A program made the position numbers and the translations under genes. DNA of 62,338 nucleotides, filler included, from Dugesia japonica (lineage: Eukaryota), in assembly GCA_001938525.1 (NCBI GenBank). It is 5 parts of 5 records of this genome, joined end to end, with 100 filler letters (N's around TTAATTAATTAA, not from the genome) between each part and the next. Parts side by side here need not be neighbours in the genome. Positions count along the whole stretch, not along the records: positions 19,626 to 35,675 come from MQRL01580728.1; positions 35,776 to 48,076 come from MQRL01643880.1; 3 more parts are not named here. One strand, 5' to 3'. Positions 24,701 to 36,330 of this stretch are shown one piece after another (within the stretch, counting starts at the first letter, position 1; each line of letters opens with the position of its first letter). The notes under the pieces are model-generated. The model was not told the origin of the DNA, ran no database searches, and worked only from the letters and a program-made list of their open reading frames with translations.

Positions 24701-26090
24701 GTAGATGTGACAGTACTGAGGCTTTAAATAAAAACAATCTCTCGCTTTCAAATAATATCACTTCAGTGGCACCATCAGGCTTCAATCCATAGCTGTAAAT
24801 GTGCTCATCTACCGCTTCTTTATTAACAATCCCAACTGGTGAACAAATTATATATTGTTCGAGTGGTTTTGGCCATTTTAGCTCATTTAATGCTTATAAT
24901 AATGCTTCCACGGTTGTATTCTTTAATGAAAATTTTTGAGGAATATTTTGGTATCCAAATCGATGATTGTATTTAGATATTTGTTCTTCCATCAAATAAG
25001 CCATATTCATACAATCATGTGCGGGTTTTATCGCTTCCATCCTACTAATTTTATAATCATTCGTAGTTGACTCTTCTAAAATTTCTTTTTCATATTCATC
25101 GATTATATACTTCCATTGTAATTTAGTTGTTACATCTATGTGTCCTGGCTCTGTTAACTCAACGATATGGTTCATTATCGACCAATACGTTTTTCGATCA
25201 ATCTCATATTTTCTTTTTCTGGTTCTTCTCATTATTGTATCGACATATTCTCTCATTTGTGATTGACATTTTATTGATGTTTTCATCTTTTCGTTCGTCA
25301 CAAGTTGATCCATCGTCATTTCCGTTCCCTGTTTTGTATTTTCGTCATTTTTTACTGAGTTCTTTGATGCTTTTGCTTTTTCTATCTTTTTCTATAATTA
25401 CCCTTTTAGCTAGTTTCTTTTGTCTGTCCAATAAAGTTTGTACTCTCATCGTATGCTTAAAAAATGTCTTTTCCAAAGATTTAATTATTTCATTTATTGT
25501 TCGATACTCAAAATGCATAAACNNNNNNNNNNNNNNNNNNNNNNNNNNNNNNNNNNNNNNNNNNNNNNNNNNNNNNNNNNNNNNNNNNNNNNNNNNNNNN
25601 NNNNACCGAAATGTGTTCTTTAAGATTATCCTGATCAATCACTCTTGATGATGAACATAGTACATATTCGTATAATGGTTTCGGCCACTGCAGTTCATTT
25701 ATCGCTGTTATCAACCCTTTGACTGTTGGTGCTTTAATTTCAATTTTTCTCATTATATTCTGATATCCACATGGTATGGATTTAGTTTCATCATTACTTG
25801 TTGCGTATATGTATCTCTCAATTGACGGTCCCGCCACTTTTGGATCGCCTGTAATCGATTTTTTCAACGGCTTCATTATAATGACTTTGTAATCCTCGGG
25901 ATAAGTTTCTGTCATCAATTCCACTTCATACTTTTCCGCTTGAGTCTTCCAATTCATTTTGGTAACTGCATCTACATCCTTTGATTCCACGAGTTCAATT
26001 AAATGATTNATTATTTTAAAATATGCTTTTCGCTTAATTACATCTCTAAAGTCTTCAACAAGTTCTAGTTTTTCTTCTATCTGTCGTTGA
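21730..26090 (-). pseudogene. Non-canonical Gag-Pol insert: three ~200-aa diverged tandem repeats plus SUMO/ubiquitin-like modules
   Basis: Same-strand ORFs linked by single stops or frameshifts; repeated RK.YW.IMNH..EL..W...YE and TT...L...I.EL...K.L..Y.IC...EHI motifs; SUMO-like VNVTVYFQDESEKEFKIKTTT at 23341-23598. Confidence 0.65.
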
Positions 26091-27844
26091 ATTGCGGGAT
26101 GATTTTCTAACGACTTATCGTCTAAAATCTTCTTGGAACGTATCATATTAATTTGTCCAGCATTAGAATTCTTCATTCCTCTTGCTCTCAATCTATCCTG
26201 AGCTATTTGTTGTTCTTCCAATTGTTGTCGCAGATACTCTTGCTCTTGNNNNNNNNNNNNNNNNNNNNNNNNNNNNNNNNNNNNNNNNNNTTGTAACATA
26301 TTTATTTGATGCTGAGTTTTGGCTCTGCTACTATTTATTTCCTGCTTTAATGCTTCATTTTGCTGTCTCATTTTCTCAATTGTAGGATTTAAATTTGGTT
26401 TTGCATTAAAGTTATTATAATTTGATTTATTACCGTCATTTCTGAAGCAATTTCTACTAATATCTCCTGACTTATTACATATATAACATACCGGTGGCTT
26501 GTTCTGAAAACAAGTTTCTCCATTATGCCCGGGTTTCTGACAAGTTGTACAAATTTTTATTGTTTTTTCTGGCGGTCTAGATTTGCACTCTCTTGCTCGA
26601 TGTCTAATTTTTCCACAATTATAACAAGTCATATTTGATGATTGCCAGTTCACTTGTTTGTTGTTATTATTATTCGACTTAAAATTATTCGTTTGTTCTC
26701 TCGTCTTCTCAGGTGATAGTGACTTCAATAATGGCTGGGCTCTTGGGATGAAATCAGATACCTTCACAACATCTTTAGTCTGTTCATTTTGCTCTTCTAT
26801 TTGAAACACTTTACCCACTTTTGGTTGACGAACGTCCACATTATGACATACTCTTGCCGAATTTATGGCCAACTCTACGGTTTGCGGTTGAGTTAAATGC
26901 ACATGTCTCTTTACGTCCGCATTTCTCAACCATTTTATAAATGCTCCAATAATAACTCCTTCATTAATATTATCTCCCATAGCTATTTTCCCAAGTCTTC
27001 GCAATTCAGCCGCAAATGAAATGATTCAACTTTATGCTGTCGTCTGTTCATAAAATCTTGCATTTCCCGACCTTGTAATGCAGATGCTTTAAAAATATCT
27101 AATAACAATGTTTTAGCTTCTTCCCAAGTTTTCACTTCTTTATCTTTCTCAGTGGCTTTATCCCAATAAATAGTTTTATTAGCTCCAACTAAATACTAGT
27201 GGTAAACGTTCTACTGCTGTTTCATCGCTCCAACGACATGCGTTGATATGAATTTCATAGTTTGTGATGAAATCGAGTATTTTATCTGGATCTCCGTCAT
27301 ATTTTTCACTACTGAAATCAGTTCTCCATTCTTTACGTTTATCGTCCATATCCGATGTATGTTGTCTACTATTTAACGACATTTTATTTAATTCTTTGAT
27401 TTGCTCTTGATCACTTCAATCTTCTGCTTCGCTCTCTGATTCCGAATTTGTTTGAAAATGCGACACAGGTACTGCGATATTTGCTTTATCGGCTATTGAA
27501 TTATCACTATATTCGCTATCTGTTATATTCGCTTCTACTATCTGATTCTGATTTTCAATTTTTGACTCTGTTTCTATATTTTCTCTTGATTCTAAGGATT
27601 TCCTTGTTATTTTTAAAGGAAAGCAGTTAGGTGATTGATTTGTTTCTGAGGATATTGGCTTTTTAGATGTCCTTGATTCCTTTCTTGTAAGTGATGATGC
27701 TCTTTGGGACTTTGCTTGGTGCTCTTTTCTACTTCCAACAATAGATCTCGTATAATATCTGGGCTTTTCCGAATCCTCAATGGCTATCGTAGTATAACAA
27801 GTGTTCTCTTTAATCTGTAATATAATAATATGCTGCCCTTTTCC
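26090..27844 (-). pseudogene. Gypsy Gag with capsid-like domain, three CCHC zinc knuckles and coiled coil
   Basis: EKYDGDPDKILDFITNYE...WSDETAVERLP; CYNCGKIRHRAREC, CTTCQKPGHNGETC, CYICNKSGDISRNC. Confidence 0.92.
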
Positions 27845-29042
27845 CTGAAATATAAAATAAAAGCCTTTCGGCCTATGCATATTAATTAGGAATAAATTAA
27901 TCAATTAGCCTTAATCTTAACTTATTCATTTCATCTAATATTACAATTAATGCTTATTTCCTAGTTTTTTAGACAATACTATCTTTTATGTAAAAATCTA
28001 CTTAACTCTCAAGATTAAATCCTACACATATCATTTTATTATTTTACAATATTATTCAATCTACCTTTACATGTTATGTTATAATACTAAAGTGTTTTTA
28101 ATTTAACTAAATCTTTTTAACTGGCACTTATTCAATTTATTATTTATTTATTTTCTTATATTTTATATTGCACTCTGATTATTACAAAATTTATTATATT
28201 ATCCCTATTTGGTTTTGCTTCTAATTTTTCTTTCAATTTGTCAAGATAATATTTCAAAATTTCTGTCTTCAAAATTAAAACCTTCGATTCTCTAAGTGTT
28301 GTTTTCTCGAATTTATGCGTAATTTTAACTAGATTCTACGATTCCTACTCCCATTCAGATTTTCTATCAAATCCCTTCTTCGTCTTCACTCCAAGAACTC
28401 AATGATTTTCTATAATCTTTCAAAAGTGTCAGCGAGTTTTCTTTCAAACCCAAGGTTTTCTTTCAAACTCAAGGCTTTCTTTCAAGCCCATTTCTAAAGT
28501 TCTTCACACTTAGTCCCAACTATTGTGTACTTCAAATAAATTAAACTTTCATAATTTTTCAAAAAGAAATAATTTTCTCAAGTTTTTAGATTCCCATACA
28601 AAGAATACTGCTTTCAAACTTTCCAACAAAGCAACTCCAAATTCTACAACTTTTCTTTCCTTCCGCCAAAATTCAAACATTTTCCAATAATAAAATGAAT
28701 ATGTGAAGTACCATGCTAACAAGGTATGTTAAAAATAACCAAAAAAAATGATTATAAATTTTTGTTTATCACTAAACTCTTCATATTAATATCTTTATCA
28801 TCGTTTAAAAAAATCTTTACAAGTTTTATTAAATTTTGTTAGGTAAATTATCAGGAGAATTCTCGCAATTTCAAAAATTTTTCAAAAAAATAAACACCTT
28901 GCAGAGTTGTGTAAGGAAAATAACATGCTAAATACTTTATTTTCAACAAATTGTAGTCATTAAATATGACATCAAAAGTTGTCATACATCCGAAGACAAA
29001 TCAAATCGCATTTGTCTTGGATGCCGCAATTGTTCAAAGTCG

Positions 29043-29429
29043 TCAAGTTTTTTCTTTCTTTACTCCTTCTTTAATGAATTTCTCCAGACATTTTGCTTTT
29101 TCATCTTTATCTTTCAGAAGAAACTCCATTCTTGCTACACCTTCGGCCAACCGGCTCATCTTCACCTTAAGGTCCTTGATGATCTCTCTCAACATAATGA
29201 CCTCTTTTCCAACTTTTCTCTGATAGAAAGCCACGCGCTGTCGGCGGGTGTATTCGAGGCAATTCTGGATGGTGAGCTTTGTAATGAGCTTCCGATGGAC
29301 GGGCCAATGGACCCAATATTTTCCATCCTGGTCAATGAAGTCATCATCATTATCGCTATCTGGTGGACTGCGCGTCAGGCTGGTGTTTGGCAGGGTTCTG
29401 TATTTTGTTTGCTTATTTTGGCTGGTCAT
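29043..29429 (-). CDS. Intact accessory ORF (128 aa from MTSQ) in the leader of the gypsy element, unknown function
   Basis: GC-richer open frame inside an AT-rich leader, same strand as gag; W-rich motif then coiled coil; TTATTGTAG acceptor-like site directly before the ATG. Confidence 0.5.
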   Translation of the reverse strand: MTSQNKQTKYRTLPNTSLTRSPPDSDNDDDFIDQDGKYWVHWPVHRKLITKLTIQNCLEYTRRQRVAFYQRKVGKEVIMLREIIKDLKVKMSRLAEGVARMEFLLKDKDEKAKCLEKFIKEGVKKEKT

Positions 29430-30907
29430 GCTACAATAAACATTTACCATTAAACACTGGTGTTACATACTCATATATCAAACCAATGATAGATATATAA
29501 CTTATTATAATGGGCTTGTAAATAATTGAAATACACCAAACCAACACAACTTGTAAACCCTACCCAAAATTGAAACTTCATTAGATATTCAAGGGTAAAT
29601 AATTTTATCATCAACTTTCATCATCATTAATGTTATCTTTTTATTCAAAGTAGAACAATTTTATATCCAAAAAGGAACCAATTTAACTATGTTAATCCAC
29701 ATTATCTTTAATATCGTTTTAAGGTGAATCAATCATTTTACAACTAATTTCAATTTTATTTTTCTAATCAGTATTAAAAACCACATTTAAAGGTGGATTT
29801 CATCATTACTTTATAATACTTTAATATCCCAATTCAATGTAGTCCATTGTTATGAAAATCTGGCTTTCATTTCATTTATCAAAATTTTACTTTCAATTTT
29901 AATTAATCATTAATTTATCAACTAACTATCTCTAATTTTATAATTTATTTTCTCTGGTTTAATACATTTCTACCACAAAATTTCTGATCTTATGTCGACT
30001 GTTTAGTTTGATTATTTCTTATTATTATCTCTTATGTTACTTCTTAGTTAAAACTAATTTCATTGCTTATATCAATACTCTTATATTATCATCCCAATTT
30101 ATTGTCACTCTATCTTACATTAACATTTTATACAGTGTAATTTTCATTGCTGCAAAGTCAAATTTATCTTTATCGTCATCAAGATCCTCTGTTAGTCCTC
30201 GTTTTATTTTTAATTGTTATCATTATTTAAAATTCCTCATAATAACCTTCAGTGTTTGACTCATGTTTCAGTATTATTTTAAAATCATTAATTAATAATA
30301 AAAATAAAATATTATCATAATTTATGACGAGTCACTTGTCTCTTTCTCTCATACTAATTTTTGTTCTTTATGACCAATTAGCAGAGAATCATAGCTCAAG
30401 TGATTCGCCATCTTATGTTAGGGAGTACATTGAGTGTATCAAAAGGTTTTTCTCTTTTTCTTTGTTTTAAGTATTATTAATAAACGTTAGCATTATCTTT
30501 TCATTGGGGTAAAACAATTTTATCTCAACATAAATCAATTTAAGTTTTGTTAGCCAATAAATAATTTCAACATAAGTTATAGATGAATCGATTTTACCAG
30601 AAATAAATCGGTGTCAATCCACATTAACTTCGACATCATTTCAAAGTTAATTCATTTTCAATAATAAAATATTCTATTTTATTTGTCATTTAACCACAGC
30701 TGTGCCCTCAACATTTCCCACTTTCAACAAAAGTTTCATCACTACTTGTTGACAATTTAGTTTTATCAATAAAATTTTTCTACGAATAAATTTATTAACG
30801 TTAATAAAATTTTCAATAATTTAATAAAACTATCCCATCTTATTTAACTTTTGATTTAAATAATGAACAGCAAAACAACAAACAAAATGTTTACGAAAAT
30901 AATTATT

Positions 30908-30925
30908 AACCCGGCTGAGCCCCCA
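30908..30925 (-). promoter_or_regulatory. Primer binding site complementary to tRNA-Pro 3' end
   Basis: Minus strand TGGGGGCTCAGCCGGGTT, 8 nt after LTR end CCCAACA; compare canonical Pro PBS TGGGGGCTCGTCCGGG. Confidence 0.85.
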
Positions 30926-30933
30926 AAAATACT

Positions 30934-31180
30934 TGTTGGGTTTCCACATGTTTTAAAATAATTTATTTTTCCTATTAGGGGCATACTCCTGAAAACCACA
31001 AGTATCTTAGCGTCGTGTGTCGCTTACACGCTCTCGGTCTGGTTCCGGTGACTCCTTGTTACGGGAGTGCAGTAACCGCCCCTTTAGTCTGGGTCCAGCG
31101 GACTAGAGTGTTAGTCCGTCTTAGGAATATGTTGTTTCTATTTATGTGTGATGCATTACTAACAGGACTTCAGTAACGTT
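30934..31180 (-). ncRNA. Structured LTR R/U5 RNA motif, copy A
   Basis: AAGAC-GGACUA/UAGUCC hairpin-GCUGGACC...GGGGC/GCCCC closing stem enclosing further hairpins; ends in CCCAACA. Confidence 0.55.
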
Positions 31181-31377
31181 TTTTTTCTTTTAAAAAAAAA
31201 ATAATAAAAATAAATGCAATTTCGTATCATTTATCATTTTATCTTATCATATTTATCATGTTTGCAAATTTAAACTCAAATAAAAAATTTATGATAAATC
31301 AGTATTTCATATATTTTATTTATTATTCAATTCATTTATAAATTAATAATAAAATAATAACTCCGTTTGATATTCAA

Positions 31378-31827
31378 AACTTTAATATTTTCATAACTGT
31401 TCAACACAAATAAAAATAATCTATTTCATTAATAACAAAAGAAGAAATTTCATGAAGACCTACACAAAAATCCAATAACCCTTTCTTATTTCACTATAAG
31501 TAAACTCGGATATCCTTTGGTTCTTCTCATCATAATTCAAAAATTCAATTAATTATCATCGTAAATTTTATCGTAAGNNNNNNNNNNNNNNNNNNNNNNN
31601 NNNNNNNNNNNNNNNNNNNNNNNNNNNAACTTTAATATTTTCATAACTGTTCAACACAAATAAAAATAATCTATTTCATTAATAACAAAAGAAGAAATTT
31701 CTTGAAGATCTACACAAAAATCCCATAACCCTTTCTTATTTCACTATTAGTACACTCGGATATCCTTTGGTTCTTCACATCATAATTCAAAAATTCAATT
31801 AATTATCATCGTAAATTTTATCGTAAG
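31378..31827. repeat. ~200-bp direct duplication flanking an N gap
   Basis: 31378-31577 vs 31628-31827 near-identical, few substitutions. Confidence 0.85.
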
Positions 31828-32029
31828 ATTTATTTGGTTTATTATTATTTTATTTCAAAGGGTTTATTTCTCTCATCTTTAATTTTAATTAATTAAATTA
31901 AGATTCATTTTCATTTTATCTAATTCTCTATTCAAAATTTTATTTTTCTAATTTTAATACTAAAATGTTTTTCGTGATTGATTTCATCTCGCATTGTAAA
32001 TTATAGATAAAATCTAATAATGATTTAGT

Positions 32030-32385
32030 GTGACAGTGTAATTCATTATCATAAAATCTACCTAAATTTTTTCATTATCTAAATCAGTAATTCCATAANT
32101 AAAAGGTTTTGTATTATAAACTTGAGTTACTACAAATACTTAATTTGTCCATTTAGCTGTAAATTCTTTTTCGAATTTGTATTTATATTTAAAGATTCTA
32201 ACTCGATATCCAATTTTAAATTTCTGTTTAAAACTAAAGTTATCATTTTCATGATTATGATCTTTGATTATTTCTTTTATTTTATCTGGATTTTCACTAG
32301 CTTCTTTTGGAGTTGTTTTTATACTGGAGTGAATTGTATTATTATAATCATTTACAATTTTATCCAACAAGATTTTATTTATTAA
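32030..32385 (-). pseudogene. Maverick-type integrase C-terminal fragment
   Basis: LDKIVNDYNNTIHSSIKTTP...KFKIGYRVRIFKYK..FEKEFTAKWT...TKPF.YGITDLDNE..LGRFYDNEL. Confidence 0.85.
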
Positions 32386-32752
32386 TTTTTTTTAAAATCA
32401 ACTCAAAAAATTTTTTAATTAATACAGAAAAGTCTTAGATATTTTAGATATACTATACTTAGAATTTTTTAATTTTAAATTTTTGTATTTTTTTTTTAAA
32501 ATTGTAATATTTTTAAAATAATTTTCAAAAAAATACATCTAACATCTAAATCTCCTTGATTTGTGTCTGGCAACTAACCTGATAATTCACCATAAATATT
32601 TTTATAAGTTGAACTAGTTGTTACAAAATTTAACATTGTAGATGAAATTTCTGGTTATTCTGCGTTAGCTCATTCTGTATTATTTCACTCTTCATTAGCG
32701 TTAGCGAATTACTAACCATTTTATTAATAAAATTTTGCAATACCTTAACTGT

Positions 32753-32810
32753 ACGATTACTATACGATTACTATACGATTACTATACGATTACTGCACGA
32801 TTACTATATG
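32753..32810. repeat. 11-bp tandem repeat (ACGATTACTAT)x~5
   Basis: Direct reading. Confidence 0.9.
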
Positions 32811-32833
32811 ATACGATACTATAACTAAAATAT

Positions 32834-32885
32834 TGTTGGGGTTTTACTCTAGGTGGGTTGAATTCTTGTATGATTCTTCTTAGGT
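32834..32885 (-). repeat. LTR terminus fragment, same family as the LTR ending at 57494
   Basis: tgttggggttttactctaggtgggttgaattcttgtatgatt matches the reverse complement of 57450-57494. Confidence 0.7.
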
Positions 32886-33861
32886 CTGAGTGCTTTGCTT
32901 TCTTTTCTGACGACCATTTTTTTTTAACTTTGAGTATACTTATTGCCACCCTTATTTCACCCCAACGATATTAATAAAATATTAATAATAAAAAACTACT
33001 GTTTTATTCTGATATTATATTTTTTCTTTTAGGATTTTATTTTTATTCTTTGTTTGTGTTAGCCCAATTTGTCTTTCTAACAGTTCAAGTAGTATGTAAA
33101 TGGTTTTTGGGTATCATCTTTCAGACAGGAAGAGAAGAACGTGAAAATGAAATAGTGAAGAAAGTACTCATAAAAAATTAAAAGCCTTGAAGCCCAACAG
33201 AGTTAAGCTTTTCTGTAATTTAATTCGGATGAATGATTTGAGTTTGTTGAACAGGTATTATCTTATCAAAAAGACAAGATCTGGAAATATAAACAGAAGA
33301 TCAGATCAGAAAATATATTTAAATTTAATGTAGAGATGCCACCAATTTATTCTTGCTGATCTTTGCATCTTTCAATGATAAAATTTAGATTAGTATTTTT
33401 GAGTTATAGATAAAACTTCAAACTTTGCACGATTATTATTGTTAGAAAAATATTATTACCATTATACTCTCAAGGTGTTTAAAATGTGTACTTACAAATT
33501 ATTTATATTCAAAAAGTGACCAAGTTCTAAATACAATAAATAATAAAATCTCGGAAATGCAGACAAAAACTGTCTATCAATGATTCAATTAATTATTTAA
33601 TATCACTTGTTATTTGTTTTAATAATATTAAAAATTCTTAATAATTATAAAAAATATTTAAGTTGTTTTACTTGTCATTTATTTGAAAGTTTATTAATTT
33701 TCTTTTACCGAACGGAAAGTAATTTCAGAAGTAAATTTGTATTTGCTTTACAAATCAATGTTAGACTTCAAATAAATAAAAAGACTTCAGTAATTAATTT
33801 TCATGGAAATAATTTTAGAAGTTTCATAAAAATTATTTTGTTAATTAAATTAATTGTTATT

Positions 33862-33865
<4 letters not shown>

Positions 33866-33926
<61 letters not shown>

Positions 33927-34016
33927 NNNNNNNNNNNNNNNNNNNNNNNNNNNNNNNNNNNNNNNNNNNNNNNNNNNNNNNNNNNNNNNNNNNNNNNNNN
34001 NNNNNNNNNNNNNNNN

Positions 34017-34083
<67 letters not shown>
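33866..34083. repeat. (ATT)n microsatellite spanning a gap
   Basis: Pure tatt/att repeats. Confidence 0.97.
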
Positions 34084-34084
<1 letters not shown>

Positions 34085-34530
34085 TAAGACCTTTACAATA
34101 AAATTGAATCCGTCATTTTCATTTCTATTTTGCACTGTAATTTCGAAATTGAAGTAAAAATTACTTTTGTACTTTTGCTTTCAATGTACTTGGAGTGCCT
34201 AATGAGAAATAACACAAACCCAACTTAAATGCAGAAAACTAATCAATTAGAAATGAATTTCGTGACTCGGAAATAAAGTATTTGTAGTTTGCAGTAGAAA
34301 TGAATGTAAAGATCTCATGATAATCGAAATAAAAGAATTATTTAAATTTAAGAAAATGAAATTTGAAAGAAAATTCTAAGGAATTGATAAATAGAATGAA
34401 TTTTTTATGTAGGAAGGAGATATTAAAATGTAATAATCAGTTTTTAATTAAGTATTTACTTTGTCTTAACAAACGTGTGTAGGAATTGTGTTAATATGAG
34501 ATTTGGAATTATTTTTTTGAAATTTTTCAA

Positions 34531-34650
34531 GTCAACGTTTATACTAGGTTGAATACATTCGATCTTGTTCAATCTCAGAAGTTAAGCAGCAGGAAACCTC
34601 GTTAGTACTATAATTGTGAACAGTGACAGCTGATTTCCAGTGCAAGAAAG
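34531..34650 (+). pseudogene. Degenerate 5S rRNA copy (pseudogene or SINE3 head)
   Basis: gtcaacg..atac....ttgaatac..tcgatcttgt.caatctcagaagttaagcag......cct.gttagtact aligns with eukaryotic 5S rRNA positions 1-80 including the box A region; 3' part diverged. Confidence 0.72.
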
Positions 34651-35675
34651 ATTCCACCACCTTGATTCTAGATTCTTACGTATTTAATGCGAAACTTGTT
34701 AGTCCTTTCAACGTCTCTTGAGTTTCTGCCTTAATAATTTTTCGAAACTTTCAGCATTAGATAGTCAAACTAATTCTGGTAGTTGATAATTAATAACATA
34801 TTTTTTTATCTTATGACATACATTAGAAAACATAACTACGCTACCATTAATTGGGTTTCTTCGGCATGTTTATGGCGGCGTGTTTAATACATGTATTTCT
34901 TTTTCTAAAATACAAGAAAGTTAGTATTTTGTAAAAGCATACATTTTCATTGAACTTTTAGATTGATATCAACAAGTGCATTCTCAAATGCAAAACGACG
35001 TGGAATACTACAAAACCAAAAGTTTATGAAAATGAACAAGAATTCAGTTTGGTTTAATTAATAAACAATTTATCATAAACTTTGAGTTTACACATAATCT
35101 ATTACAAGTAAGTCAGAATCAAATAAAGAGTTGTTTAAATTTGATAAAAAGAAATTAATGTAATTATCTTTTATCTCTTTATCTCCAACGGTTTCTAGTA
35201 TCAATTTGAACTACTTAAAACTTTGCGACGCACATATTAATTTTTATTTTACATAGTAAAGCATGATTTTAAATTTGAATCATATTGAATCTAAGTGTGG
35301 TTCAATGTTTAATAAACATACTCTCATTATCTCGTCTATAATTAACAAACGCTATCTCTTATTTAATTTCAATACACTTAGTAAATTTATAAACCAATTT
35401 AGAAAATCTCAGGCTTAACTGGCCTTTTGATAATTTTCCACGACACAATTTCGTGGCTTTTAATGCACAGAAAAATGAATTAATGAAAATCAAAGTTAGA
35501 TTTCGAATCCAGATTAAATTGTTGAATTCGTTTTGGGGACGCTTTTGGGACTGTTTTTTTTTTAAATTAGACTTTCAATTTTTATAAATCCCTACAAATT
35601 TTTGGTTTCTAACACAAATTATTTCTCATACTTCTTTTATTTTTGTTTTCAACACTAATTATATATATATATATA

Positions 35676-35775
35676 NNNNNNNNNNNNNNNNNNNNNNNNN
35701 NNNNNNNNNNNNNNNNNNNTTAATTAATTAANNNNNNNNNNNNNNNNNNNNNNNNNNNNNNNNNNNNNNNNNNNN
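35676..35775. other. Artificial scaffold-joining spacer
   Basis: N44-TTAATTAATTAA-N44. Confidence 0.97.
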
Positions 35776-35959
35776 AAATAAGAGTTTCTATTTCTCAACA
35801 AAAACAGAACTTAAAAAATGCCAACTACTCAGAAAAGATTATGATTGATTCCTGAAAAAAGAAATTCTCCTGAAAATGTAGACTTAACAGAAATGCAAAA
35901 AGAACTATACTTTGTGCATTGGAGTTCATGGAATTCTAGGACATCAGATAAAACTTGAA

Positions 35960-36330
35960 GCCTATAATACTGAAAGCTATCTTACTTTTATTCATAATAC
36001 AATTACTTTATTTCGATATTCATAAAACTGCAATCTTAATAATGAATAATGTGTATCTTCCTAAATCATTATTAGTGCTTCAAAAATTGAACTTCAAAAA
36101 TATTGCTTATAAATTTCTCATTCCATATCCACCAGAGTTTAATTCAATAGAGGAAATTTTCTCATTGATAAAATCAAAATACTATACTGTTAATACTGAA
36201 AACAGAATGACTTATTGATTGAAGTGTTTAGAAATAATTCTTTGCAGATCTAATAACTACTGCCAAGAGTCTCGAGCATTTTACAACAATAAGGTGGGTA
36301 GAAATAACTCTTAGAGGAGCTTTTCATAAA
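35960..36330 (+). mobile_element. IS630/Tc1-like transposase C-terminal fragment
   Basis: ILIMNNV..PKS...YKFLIPYPPEFNSIEEIFSLIKSK (compare MDNA..H...FLPPYSPELNPIEE.FS..K). Confidence 0.8.

Larger units (their letters stand above)
20217..31830 (-). mobile_element. Large Ty3/gypsy LTR retrotransposon (internally deleted): partial 5' LTR, tRNA-Pro PBS, ~3 kb leader with extra ORF, Gag, Ubl/SUMO-like array, integrase
   Basis: LTR end CCCAACA at 30934, PBS 30908-30925, collinear minus-strand ORF chain 27904-20341 with three zinc knuckles and an HHCC-DDE integrase; outer LTR boundary uncertain. Confidence 0.85.

Noticed and set aside
21737-25648. Plus-strand ORFs overlapping the gypsy polyprotein
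   Set aside because: Antisense shadows of the coding strand with no independent motifs
33607-34135. Poly-I/L/Y/N ORFs
   Set aside because: Translations of the ATT microsatellite and N gap
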